DNA from: Octopus vulgaris
Taxonomy: Eukaryota
NCBI GenBank assembly: GCA_951406725.2
Contig: OX597837.1
Coordinates: 21,328,001 to 21,392,000, forward strand
Reading direction: 5' to 3'
DNA length: 64,000 bases
Positions 51,436-64,000 of this stretch are shown here, in pieces. Each line of letters begins with the position of its first letter. Position 1 is the stretch's first letter. Made by a program: the position numbers and the translations under genes. The notes beneath the pieces were generated by a model. The model saw only the letters and a list, made by a program, of their open reading frames with translations, did not search any database and had not been told where the DNA came from.

Positions 51436-51553
51436 CAGTAATCCCTTGCCATATCGCGGTTCACTTATTACACACTCAGTACATTGTATAGATTTTAATT
51501 ATTTCTGTGGGAGGTTTTGGAACGTAACACCCGCAATAGTCAAGGGATTACAG
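51436..51553. mobile_element. Tigger/pogo-like MITE (118 bp)
   Basis: TA-CAGTAATCCCTTGCCATATCGCGG ... CCGCAATAGTCAAGGGATTACAG-TA: ~24-bp imperfect TIR with TA flanks. Confidence 0.8.
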
Positions 51554-52394
51554 TATTTATTATCTTCATCAGTAACCCTCACCTAAGTTGTTTACAACCA
51601 CTCTGTTGGTGTGGGTGTAAGTATAAATATATTTATATTTTTGTGTGTGTGTGCATATATATATATGTATTTGAGAGGTGGGGAGAGAGAGACTACACAG
51701 TATACTATATAAAATGCAGGACAGAGAAAGCATTGCTCCACTTGGTTTGAGACAAAGAACTACCAGTTAAGTTCTAGGTTCAGTTTAATATTTCTCTCAG
51801 GCACTCTAGATTTGAATGGAAATTATATTAGAAGAATCATGGTCATGGAGTGAGTCTGCTGGGTTTGTAAAACATATCAGTAGATTGTTATAAAATTCCA
51901 AGAATATGTATGTTGGTGATACAGGGATTTCTAACATTGGCACAAGTACCATACATCTTGGGGGATTAAGTTGTTCAATTTAATTAGTCCTAGTACTTGA
52001 CTGGTGTTTATTTTATCACCCCTGGAAGCAGAATATAAAGAGATCATCATTTAACATCCACCTTCCATGCTGGCATGGGTTGGATAGTTTGGTGGAGCTG
52101 GCCTGACAGGAACCTGCACCAAACTTTTGTGCCTGTTTTGGCAGGGTTTTTACATTTGGATGCCCTTTACTAACACCAAGTAAATATCTTTGTTTTGTAT
52201 CTGGTTTGCAAGATTCTTCGTGAATTTGCATTGGAACAAATTTTGTTGTGCCTAAGGAGAGTCATTATGCCAATGTTATTATCCGGTGGATTTGGGTTTC
52301 TTTGAGCCAGTGTGTGTTAATTATATTGGCATAAGTAAATATCACAATTTATTTCATCTGATGCTCTACTAATCCTGCCAGTTGCACCCCAAAT

Positions 52395-52585
52395 ATCAGT
52401 TTCAAATTTTGGCACAAAGCCAGCAATTTCAGGGGAAGCAGGTAAGTCGATTATATCGACCCCAGTGCTCAGCTGATATTTATTGCGTTGATCCTGAAAG
52501 GATAAAAGGCAAAGTTGACCTTGGCAGTGTTTGAATTCAGAACGTAAAGACTGACGAAATGCTGCTAAACATTTTGCCAGCTTGA
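52395..52585 (-). mobile_element. SINE family B
   Basis: Reverse-complement match to family B. Confidence 0.85.
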
Positions 52586-52629
52586 TGCCTTGATGATGAT
52601 GATGATGATAATAATAATAATAATAATAA

Positions 52630-53001
52630 CTAGCACTATGACCCAGTGTTGCCGGGTCATAGAGCTAGTGCATGCATTTATAGCTGCGTGTGTGTGCACA
52701 TACACGCGAGTACTGTCCAAATCTCCGACCAATCACATACAGCTAGCTGGCATTCAATTGGTGTATCAGGTTTCGGGCATTTTGATTGGGTTTTGCATAG
52801 AAAATTCACAAAAAAGTCACTTCTATTGATTTTTTAATGGCTTTGCGAGGTGACTAGGTAAATGTAAAGATGTGCGCGACCACCCTTGGACGGTTTTGAA
52901 TGACCATAGAAGTTGCGAGCCCTCTAACTGAAAAATTGTGGATTTGTATAAAGGATACACACACGCACAGACAGACATTTTGCTGTTTATATATATAGAG
53001 A
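52630..53001 (-). mobile_element. non-autonomous Helitron-like element
   Basis: Minus strand starts TC(TCTATATATATAAAC), has a CTGT/GT microsatellite near the 5' end, and ends in CTAG with a subterminal hairpin (CTATGACCC/GGGTCATAG); inserted at A|T in an (AAT)n tract without TSD. Confidence 0.75.
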
Positions 53002-53553
53002 TAATAATAATAATAATAATAACAACAACAACAACATTCCTTTCTACTATAGGCACAAGGCCTGAAATTTGTGGTGGTGGTGGAGGGGGCTAGTTTACTA
53101 CATCAATCCCAGCTTTTGCCAGCTCACTGCTAGATATTCTCACATATTGATGATATAAACATCTTATTTATATCAGAGACATGATCAACAAAATGATGTT
53201 TCTCTCTCTTTTGGGAGGTTATTTGAGAAATTACCATGAGGCTTTACACATGAACATAACAGTGCACATTTAAATCACACACACACATATGCATAATTGG
53301 TTGGCTATCATCGGATTGGCTACAAAATAGTTGCTCTTTGTAGCCTTAAGGCACAAGCCTGGGCAAGTTGTGGAGATTATTGGTTTTCAAACTGTTTGTC
53401 CAGTAACGTCCAGTGATACGACTTTTGAGTTTACTGCAAAAGTTAAACTGATCATAACTGAGTAGTTGTTTGGTCACTTACTAATTCCACTTTCTCTTTA
53501 TGTCACTCCCTCTCATATACACATATACACACCTTGTTATCACCATCATTTAA

Positions 53554-53759
53554 CTCAGCCATACCTGAGCCTAAATATTCAATCTGTTTTATGCTTAAAC
53601 TGGCCAGGTCTGGCCTTTCAAACCTGCCCTACATTGTAATTTTACAAATAAACAATCACATCATCGAAATCTCAAAGCTATGAAATAATGCTCGGTTGAT
53701 TTAAAATGCTGTGAATACATAAGCATTAAATTTGACAGAGTAATCTGAATGCTAAAGGG
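53554..53759 (+). mobile_element. MITE family 1
   Basis: Body matches 1705-1922; ends GAATGCTAAAGGG. Confidence 0.8.
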
Positions 53760-56559
53760 TCAACATCCGTATTCCATGCTGGCATCACTTAAATGGTTTG
53801 ACTGGATACAATCATGCTTCACTGTCTACTTTTGTGTGGTTTCTATGACTGCATGTCCTTCCTAATGCCAACCACTTTACATTGTATGCTGGGTGCTTTT
53901 TTTTTTTCATGCCACTGGCACAAAGCCAGAGGTGGTGTGGGGTGGGGCTTGATGCAAGATGAAGGGCTAAAATAGTTTCAGAGCTCCACCCCACAATGCA
54001 TTCAGATTGCGTTGTTTTTTTAATTTTTTAAAAAGATTTTTATATTGTTTGTGAACTATGGCACTGTTGGTTGCAGGCTTTTCTAAATAGCCAGTCCCAT
54101 CATTTCTGATAGCTAAAGTGACAAGGGGAGTGTCTGTAACTGGGTTTAGAACAAATATCTCAAGGTACTCCATTTGTGAGCCACCTGTTTTGGTGATGTT
54201 TATATACACTCACACAAGCATGGGTGGTAGACTTAATCTGTTACCTGTTTTAATATGATCACCTAGCAACTAGGGTGCCTTTAGTTGTGTCTTTGAGTAG
54301 GGCATTTTATTTCATGTTGCTCCAGTCTACTCAACTGAACATAAAACCATCAGCCTTTCTCCCTCCACATCCTCTATGCTATGCGATTAGTGAAAAGCAC
54401 AGTGCATGTTACCAATTTATTTTCAATTACAAGTGAAGGCTATGGATGAAGAAAGTCCAATCTAACACAATAATCTGTGGGGTTGGACTAAAAAGGGAAC
54501 CTTGGTTATTGTGGGCATTATTCAAGAGAGAGAGAGAGAGGTGGGACTTGCGAGATTGTTAGAAGGAAAGGAAAGGAAGTAGGAAATCACAAATCAAAGG
54601 TGTTAATTGCTATACTGGAGATCTGGTCTGATTACCTGCAATGGACTAAATTCTGTGGAAGATTCCTTATGCCCATTTGGTGGTGTTTAACTTGGCAACA
54701 GAGTGATCTGTGTTACTCCAAAACTAGATACAATCTATCCATTGGATTCCCACACTGTTCCCATCTGTCCATTTCAGCGACAAGCTTTGGTAGACACTTG
54801 CTGAAGGTCCTGTTGTCAGAGAAATTCATAAATAGCTACATAAAATTTATTACCATCTCATTTTAACCTCTTTTAATATTTCTGTCTTTATTATAAGTAT
54901 CATTCAGTCTTCAGAGAGGAACTAACCTCCTCTCTCTCCCTGTATATATATAATTTCAATATCCATTTTTGCATGGGTTAGGCAGTTTTATTGAGGGAGG
55001 CTTTTTTTACGGCCAGATGCCATTCCTGTCGCCAACCAAAGCAAAGTAATGTTATGACATTACTTCTAAGCAAAGTAATGTTATGACATTGCTTATATGA
55101 CTGACAATTATTTACATCACGTGGTGTGACGGCGAGACAAACATTATACACTTACACGCGTGCACACACAACCGGCTTCTTTCAGTTCCTGTCTCCCAAA
55201 TCTGCACACAATACCGGGTTTATTGTGGAAGACATTTGCTCAAAGTGACACGCAACGGGACTGCACCCGGAACCATGTGGTTTGGAAGCAAACTTCGTCT
55301 GTGTGTAGTGTAATAGTAATTGCCTGACATTTTGACCTAATTCATTGCGGAAACGCTTCAGTTTTTCTGTCAACACGTGTATGTGTGGTTGTGTAAATAT
55401 ACGCACACACAAATACGTCTTTGACGAAGTTGAAACTCCCTTTATTAGTAACAATACGTTTTCAATATCCTACATCACAAACAAAGCGGTGAACCAGCAG
55501 AATCGTTAGCACACCGGGCAATATGCTTAGTTGCATTTCGTCCGTCTTTTATTCCGAATTCAAATTCTGCCGTGGTCAACTTCGCCTTTCATCCTTTCAG
55601 AGTCAAGCACTGGGATCGATGCAATCGACTATCCCTCTTCCCCCAAATTTCAGAAGAACGTATATACACTCTGTAAGGTGGTTGACGTTAGGAAGGACAT
55701 TAGGCTATTAGAAACTATGCCAAAGCAGACCTTTGGTTTCGCTGCAGTCCTCTTGCTTTTCGGCTCATGTTCGAGCCGTCCAACTCTTGCTACCCTGGGA
55801 AGATTGGGACGTGAAACGACGACGGTGACAATGGATATATATACGAGGAAGAAAATATGGCATCTATGGTCATTATGCGATCCTAGTTGAAGAATTCTGT
55901 TGGACTTGCCGTCAGTTTATGGGTGGTGCTAATGTTTACATTATCAATGTAAGCGGCATGGATTGGCTGTGTCAATAGAGCGTCGGGCAAAATGTTTTGC
56001 AGCAGTATTTGTTCTGGCTGATTTTCGTAAGTTCGAATCCTAGCGAGGTCATGTTTGCTCTCCATCCTTCCAGAGTCGATTAATCAACAACCCCTCAATT
56101 TCTGGTCTTGTGCCTATGTTAGAAATTGTCATTGTGAAACTGTGGGAACAGGTTTGAGGCATCGCTGGAATATAAATATTTTACATGGTTTAGTATCTTC
56201 ATTTCGGATTTTGTTTTATTGTAGTGTGTGGTTGTAGTTTTAGGCCCTTATGCAAATAACAAGGAAATGATAGTATTGGTGACAGTCGTATGGAAAAATA
56301 GGCAAGTCTAGTAAGAGAAATGTCAGAGGCCGGACCAACTACGTCTCCTATATGTTCTCTGAGTTCAAACTCACCCGGGGTTAATTTGTGGTTCTTTAAG
56401 GAAAGGTACAACGGGTTCAAATCAGTACCGGTTAAGTATTTATTACACCGCATCCTTACAAATCTGTTTTCCTTATGCCAAAGTTCGAAATCATTATGAA
56501 ATTAACTGGGTTTTTTTTTTGTTTGTTTTCGTTATTTGATTTTTTTTTTCATTTTTCGT

Positions 56560-56949
56560 GACGGTTTTTGAACGGGATTGACACAGAGTGAGAGAGAGAG
56601 AGAGAATAATAGAAACGGCTCGTGGTGTACCGTTGCATTGAAGCTCTTACTTGTGGGGTGGTTCTTGTGCTTGAAACGGCGGGTGAGGGCGAGTAACAGA
56701 AACTGACCGTACACGTGTGTGAATGTGTGTGTATGTATATGTATGTGTGACCAAGAATGTGCGCGCACACACACATTTTTTCCAGCAGTAGAGATCAGAG
56801 AGGGAGAAAGAGAAAGAGAGAGAAACCTTGTTTGACCTAATTTCTAGTTTTTACTTGGTGCTTGTAGTGTGGTGTGTGTTTGTAGTGTTATTGGTTAGTT
56901 TTAGTTTAGATTTTAGCTCGACACTTTGTGGAATTCGCTGCTTGCGCAG
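56560..56949 (+). promoter_or_regulatory. candidate promoter plus non-coding first exon
   Basis: CpG-retaining unique sequence with GA repeats and GGCGGG, ending in CAG|GTCAGT donor at 56950. Confidence 0.4.
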
Positions 56950-57105
56950 GTCAGTAATTAACTGTGCTAAATTCTCTCTACACGTTTTTTTTTTCTCTTT
57001 GGGTAACTTTTTTTTTATATATTTAATCATTATTGTAAAGTCGTTTGCCTGTGTTTCTCCTTCTTTGGCTTTCAGTGTTCAGTAGGGTTTTAAATTCACT
57101 GTTGC

Positions 57106-57156
<51 letters not shown>

Positions 57157-57711
57157 CAGAAACAGAATGTATAAGTTCTATGTGATAAAGTGTAATATCT
57201 GATTGTTAGTAAGGTTTTAAAATATTGTTGCCATATGTGTGTGCGCGCGTGTACGCTCTTTGCCTAAGTGAGTTTTTAATTCAGTCACCATGTGTGAGTA
57301 AGAGAGTAGTAATATGCGAAAGATTTATTTGTGAGTAATGAATGAAAGCCTTGTCTATACAAGTGCTCTACGTATTTAAAAATTCACCATTGCCGTACTG
57401 AGTGTGTGTGTGCCTTGTGTATTTAATGTTCGGTGTGATTTTAAAACTCACTGTTGCCATGTGAGTGCGCGCGCGAGTCTGAATGTGTGTGACACAGTTG
57501 AGACCTGGCATCAACATCCAACAGCCACCACCACCATTACAATGTACACAACAACTATTACTACTACTACTAGAAATATTTTTGTCCTCTCCTTCCTCTG
57601 AAATCTCTATCCATGCACAACTTTCTCAAATTTCTGCCATTATTCAGAGCTATAAGCTTGCAGTATACACACACACACACACACACAAACATATATATGT
57701 ATATATATAAA

Positions 57712-57743
<32 letters not shown>

Positions 57744-58833
57744 ATATATTCTTTCTCTACTAATGTGCTCGTATGTAGCATTGCTGTGTGTATTTAAGCA
57801 AGTGTCATGATTTGAGTGTGGGAGAGAGGACAGGCCGACTGTCTGTCTGCTAGTTGTGTTGGTTCACTCTATGTATCCATGGAACCGGCGTGACAGTGAG
57901 TTCTTCACAAGCTAACTTTCTGCTTGTGAAAAACTACCACCATCGTCACACCACTATTAACTACATTTCTCATATGTTTCCACATCTTTCTCTCTCTCTT
58001 CTACTTTGCCTTCTCTCTCTCTCTCATTCTCCGTTTTTCTATCGTTCTTCCTCTTAACACTTCTCCCTCTCTCGTTGCTTTAGTAGTTCTATATGTCAAT
58101 AAGTGTGTAGTTTTGGCTTTCTTCTTAGAACCACCACCACCACCGCCGTTATGACTACCTACTTCCACTTCACTTGCTGCTGCTGCTACTACTACTACTT
58201 CTTCCAGCCACCACCACCACCACCACTGTTACTACTATTACTACCTTGGCATTGTCGTTAAGCTTTTACAGATTGCTTTCTCCGGCGATGGCTACTCATT
58301 CACATACAAACACTCACTCACTCTAACACGCGCGCACGCACACACGCACACAAGCTTTCGATCTCTTCCACACACACACACACACACACGCACTTGCATG
58401 CATACTATATATTCATACAAGCTTTCAATATCTTGCATATACGCACACACTGCGATGACCTCGCCGCACTACTTCTGTGTGTTGTTTGTCTTGGACAGCT
58501 TGTCAGAGAACTTCGCGCGTTGAGTCGATCATGTTTCAGTTCTAAATAACATGTTATTTATTTATTTTTCTCTCTTTTGGTTAGTTACTTGGTTAAAAAT
58601 ACTGACGTCTCGCTTCTACTCTCTTTCCTGTCATAATGTATGACTATGTATATACCTACACACATATAATATACACTATGTGTGTATATATATATATATA
58701 TAAATATATATAAAATGAATATATTGGCACACACCTTGTGTGCATAGGCATACATAAATGTAGTGTTAGAGATAGATGTAAGTAAGGGAGATTAGTCTCG
58801 TGTGCACTATATATATAAATATATATATGTGTG

Positions 58834-58913
<80 letters not shown>

Positions 58914-59040
58914 TATATGTATGTATATATCTATGTATGTACTTACACCAAATTGTGCATCGTCCTCATTTTCTTAAGCAGCCGAAAGGTACGCCTATGC
59001 CGTAACACCCTGCTTTATTGGCTAGCATAGCTTTTAGATG

Positions 59041-59096
<56 letters not shown>

Positions 59097-60052
59097 CATA
59101 CATACATACAGTCTGCATCTGATACACACATACACAATGTGTGAATTGTGTCTATATGTCTTATTTGGTGAAGGGAAGTAACAAAACAGAAATCGAATAA
59201 ATGTTCCTTTTGGAGCACAAGTTTAAAGAATTTTCCAATTCTTCAAACATTAGTTCAACTGAATAACAGTTTATTCATTTGTTTCTGTGTAGACTTTGCC
59301 AATTCTCCATATTGTTTTCATACTTGCCCAATCTTTTCTTCTCTCCAAATTCTCGTTTTAACTTGAAAGCAAAAAATAAACCGACGGACACATTCCATCA
59401 AATTTCTGTGAGTGCATTTCTTAGTGGCCGTCGCCGTCGTCAAGGCGTGCCAGTGTCTTCGTCAGCATCAACATCATTTTCCTTTTGATGACTTATAGAT
59501 ATATCATGCTTGCTACATTCTTGTCATTAATGATAATAATACTAATGATAACGATGAATGTGGTCATGTCGTTTTCCTCTTTGTTCTTTTACACATTCCG
59601 TCACCCAGGCTATTCATTCATTCAAACGACTTTTCTCATTAATTTTTTCCCGCTCAGCTTTTCTTGATGGGAAGAAAGGCGTCTAGTTTGTTCTTGCTGT
59701 TGTTATTATTATTATTATTTATCTCATTTCCCCGTCTTTTCCCATTCTTTCTCTCATCTTTAATGTAACCTCCCCATCCAAATTGTAGCCTGTCTTTATA
59801 TTCCCCTCATCTATGCCCCTGTGACAAATTAAAGAAATCATCATCATTATTCCGTTTTAAAATTTGATCTCGAAATTTGTAGCGCAGTTTTATTAGTTAT
59901 TTTTATATATATATATATATATATAAATATATTTCCAGTTTGAGTTGTATATAATTGAATTCGTTTCTGTTCTGTCTTTGTTCTTATTTCAATATTTCTC
60001 CCTTTAAAAATTTCTTTTCATTCTCTTTGTCTTTTCCTTAAAAAAATAACTT

Positions 60053-60111
60053 TGTCAACATTTTGAAGTTATATATATATATATATATATATAAACTTCA
60101 AAATGTTGACA
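60053..60111. repeat. 59-bp palindrome centred on (AT)n
   Basis: TGTCAACATTTTGAAGTT-(AT)n-AACTTCAAAATGTTGACA. Confidence 0.95.
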
Positions 60112-60902
60112 GTATATATATATACACAGATATTCAAATATTGCAATACTTCAGTTGTATTGGAGTGAATCCTGTTTTGCTGTTATTTACTTTAGTCACC
60201 TGATAATTTTCTTTTACAGTCCCTTTTAATAATCGTTTTAACTTCTGTTCAACATTTTGCTCCATGCCTTTTTAAAAATTTCCAGTTACCAATCCAGTCT
60301 TTTAAATCTTTAAAAAAATCCCCCCCTTTTTCTTTCTAAATTCAAAATATATTTTTCTCATTTTTTCTCAGATTGCATATATGTTTTGAAAAACAGAATG
60401 GAAAGACTTAAGATATATATGCATGATTATATATATATATGTATATATATATATATCTTGAGCTTTTCCATTCTCTGTTTCTCAACACAAACACACATCA
60501 AAATCTCTCAGTCATTCTTTAAATGTCTGTCAAATTCTCCTTCCTTCTCTCCCCTATTCTCTCCTTCACCCCTTTCCAATTCAAATATCCCCGTCAGTTT
60601 TTCCCTCTCAAATTAACCCATTTGTCTTGGCTAATCTGCAATAATTCTTAAATATTTATATTCAAGCCTATACAAGCTTATAATTAATATTGTCTTATAT
60701 TGCTTGGCGTCTTCAACCCCCCCCCCCCAACCTCGTTCTCTCTACGTATATATATCGCTATATATCTATTAAGATAATATAATTCATTTATGACAGTGTC
60801 ATAATTTCAGTCATCTCATCCCACCTCGGCGACAGCCAAGAGAGAAAAGAATTCTCTCTTTCTCTCTCTCTCTCTATCTTTTTCTCGGCTGCCGTCGCCA
60901 CC

Positions 60903-60933
<31 letters not shown>

Positions 60934-61734
60934 CGATCATCTTCTGTTACATTAACATATTCATTCATTCAGTCCTTCAATGATCTTTCATGTCAGTTTA
61001 TTTCCGCGCTATTATCTCTCATCCTTTTGATCTGTCTCTCTCGTTCTCTCTCCCTTATTACCATCTATCTATCTATCTTTTCCTCTCTATTTCTCACCCC
61101 CCTCTCTTTCATGTATTCTATATCATTTTTCTGGGGGGTTTTTTTTCATACTTGTTTTGGAGATTTTATTAATTCAATTCTAAATTTCCATCTTATGAGG
61201 AAATAGAAAAAAAATCCACCTTTTGTTCCATTTGTTTTACCCTCTCTCCTCTCTCTACTCAAGTCTTTTGGTGTCCTTTATTTATCTATCTTATTTTGCT
61301 CAACAATTGAAACCAGTCATTATTTATTTATCTCCTCTTTGTTAAGAAATGTCAATGAGGCATATAGTTGGTCGGCAGGGACACAGGTGTGTGAATTAAT
61401 TACGTGAAATTAGTGGAAGGGTGTTCGATCACCGCTTGTATCAGTCTGAAAAGCAATGAAGCTGAAGTGAAACAGTGTCGGATAAATAGTGCACGATTAT
61501 TATGAACGGTGGTTCTTGGAGTCGCAGAGAGAGAGAGAGAGATGACAATTTTAGAGATGAAGTATTTAGTATCGTCCTCCTAACATTCTAATTTCAAATC
61601 AAGACCAAATTTGACAAATAAGTTGTACTTGGATCGATGTAATTAATGGTTGTGTTTAGCTAGGAAAAATAAGGTGTTGTGATTATTTATCGATCAATTC
61701 TTGTGCCCTGCATCTCGTTCCTTTGTTCCCAACT

Positions 61735-62083
61735 TGAGTCCATATGGCACCCTGAGGATCCATATAAGATTTCTGGTGATCCACGTAACAAAATATTAAA
61801 TTGGGGACCCACAATAGTATTTTAAGGGACTCTGAAAAATTTTTGCTTCAGATGTATGTATTGGTATGTATTGCAAGAAACAGCTGGGTTTCTTTTTCTA
61901 ACATTTTACATAGTTCAACTTAGAAAAGTTAGTGTGTAAAAAAAAAAAAAGCAAAATAGGAATTTTGAAACAAGTTTCTATAAAGCTAGTTTTTAAACAT
62001 TGCATGGCTATGGGGGTCCACCAGAACAAAAAGGGTAATCAAAAGGGTTCATAGGTAATTAAAAAAATTGTTGAGAACCTCTG
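61735..62083 (-). mobile_element. hAT-type MITE
   Basis: Ends TGTTGAGAACCTCTG; reverse-complement homolog of 3580-3775. Confidence 0.7.
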
Positions 62084-62737
62084 CTTCATATTTACACCAA
62101 ATCTGGGTTCTTAGCTTCTGTCAAGTGATGATCTAACAAGGAAGTCTTTTTGTTCTCACTTTATTACATCAATTATACTTGCTTATCTTTGTATCGTTTA
62201 CTTGTTTCAGTCGTTAGACTGTGGCCATGTTGGAGCCACCACCTCAAGCAATTTTTTGTCGAAGCAATTGACTCCAGTACTTATTTTGTTTTTAAGCTTG
62301 GTACTGACTCTTATTGGTCACTTTTGCCGAACCGTTAAGTTACAGGGATGTAAACACGCCAACACCGGATGTCAAGCTGTGATGGGGGTACGAACATAGA
62401 CAAAGACACTCACAGCTTGAAGATCTGTCTTATGTATTGAAATTCTCGACTGCTCTGTTAGGTTTGTGGAGATAGCTGTTCAATCCAGTCAGCCCGAACC
62501 TTCCTGAACGATGATTAAAAGCATTCTGACCCCCCCCCCATATTTACACAATCCAATGTGTCTTTCCTGTTTTAAAGCATTATGTGGAACTAAACTAAAG
62601 TTCAAATCACACCCAGCTCAATTCTTGAGATCAATCCTTGGGATCAATAAAAATAAACAACTATAGGGGGTGGGTTTAATATCAGTAACCTCCTTTTCTC
62701 CTTTCAATTTTATGGTTTTCTACTAATATAAAAAACA

Positions 62738-63064
62738 AGCATGGCTGTGTGATAAGAATATTGGTTCCAGGTTCAGTCCCACTGTGTGTCACCTTATACT
62801 ATAAGCCTCAGGCCGACCAAAGCCTTGTGAGTGGATGTGGTTGACAGAAATTGAAAGAAGCCCATAGTATATATTGTTTGTGTTTGTCCCCCCACCACTG
62901 CTTGACAACTAGTGCTGGTGTGTTTATGTCCCCGTAACTTAGCAGTTCAACATAAGGGACTGATACAGCAAGTACCAGGTTTTAGAAAATAAGTACTGAG
63001 GATGATAGATTTGGCTAAAATTTCAAATTGCATGGCCGCAATTTTAGTGAAACAACTAAAAGAT
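62738..63064 (+). mobile_element. SINE family A (an inverted partial copy lies at ~62185-62410)
   Basis: Matches 14583-14979. Confidence 0.85.
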
Positions 63065-63384
63065 AATTATTAGAAAAGCATTTGACAAAATATCTTTTGT
63101 ACTTTGGTGCATCCCATTATAAAATGAGTTCAAATATTGCCACAGTTAAATTTGTCTACTGCTCAGAGTGGGGGTGGTTGGAAGCATAGAATATATCAGT
63201 GTTAGTGCCACATAAAAGCACCTGGCACTTGGACAGCTCTCTGACTGACCAACTCCTGTCAAACTGTCCAACCCATACCAGCATGGAAAACAAACATTAA
63301 ACAACGGCAATGGCAACAAAGAAGAAACTCTCCCTCAAAATTAGTAGCTTAGGATCTGTCCCAGAAATTATTATTTTAGTAGTG

Positions 63385-63835
63385 TTATTATTGAGGTTCA
63401 ATGGTTGGGTAGAATTATTAGCACATTGGGAAAAATACCTTGTGGTATTTCTTCTGGCTGTTTACATTTCAAGTTCAAATCCTGCTTTGGTCAACTACAC
63501 TTTTCATCCTTCCAAGATCAATAAAATAAAGTAGAGGGTGGGGTAAATGATATTGACTATCCCTCTCTCCTGCATTTTAAAACTGCTGGCTTTGTGCCTG
63601 AATTAGAAACCATTATTATTATCATTAGGATTGGCAGAATCATTAAAGCATTGGGGGGAAATTACTTTTATTTGTTCTGGTTCTATGTTTTGAGTTCAAA
63701 TCCTGCTGAGGTCAGCTTTGTCTTTCATCTCTCCCGGGGTTGCTAAAAGAAAGTACCAATCAAGTATTATAGGCTGATGTAATCAAGTGCCCCTACTTTC
63801 AAAATGGCTGGCCTTGCACCTAATTTAGAAACAAT
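63385..63835 (+). mobile_element. two tandem decayed SINE family B copies
   Basis: Family B body twice, separated by an ATT tract. Confidence 0.75.
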
Positions 63836-63902
63836 TGTTGTTGTTGTTGCTGTTGTTCTGTAATATACTGGTACTTCATGTGAAATTATTGGTTTTCTAT
63901 CT

Positions 63903-63966
63903 AAGAAACCATCATAACTTGCATCATTCTTGAAAAGAAACCATCATAACTTGCATCATTCTTGAA
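63903..63966. repeat. perfect 32-bp tandem duplication
   Basis: AAGAAACCATCATAACTTGCATCATTCTTGAA x2. Confidence 0.95.
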
Positions 63967-64000
63967 ATGTCACAAGAGAAGAGGAGAGTTAAGAATGGAG

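Noticed and set aside
55038-55094. 29-bp tandem duplication (AAGCAAAGTAATGTTATGACATT)
   Set aside because: Ordinary slippage duplication inside a decayed repeat; no further signal

Overview
AT-rich eukaryotic non-coding DNA, most likely from an octopus (coleoid cephalopod). This is inferred from the very dense (AT)n/(GT)n/(CT)n/(GAT)n/(ATT)n microsatellites and the octopus-type tRNA-derived SINE families. No intact protein-coding gene is recognisable, and almost all ORF-track entries are microsatellite or repeat artefacts. The window looks like large intron(s) of a + strand gene, with a few candidate small exons and a CpG-retaining promoter-like zone near 55-62 kb. Repeats include at least four SINE families, two TTAA-flanked piggyBac-type MITE families, hAT and Tigger-like MITEs, a non-autonomous Helitron, a Tc1 transposase relic, and RTE and CR1-like LINE relics. 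The most notable item is a ~330-bp fold-back insertion at 31866-32196 with a 14-bp target-site duplication. Each of its arms begins with a minimal type-I hammerhead-ribozyme fold of Penelope-like-element style, and the + strand copy carries a swapped G3:C8 core pair. Other oddities are a near-perfect 250-bp palindrome, a 5x170-bp SINE-head array with a variable-loop hairpin, and a ~336-bp direct-plus-inverted repeat. All calls were made by eye, so coordinates of decayed elements are approximate.
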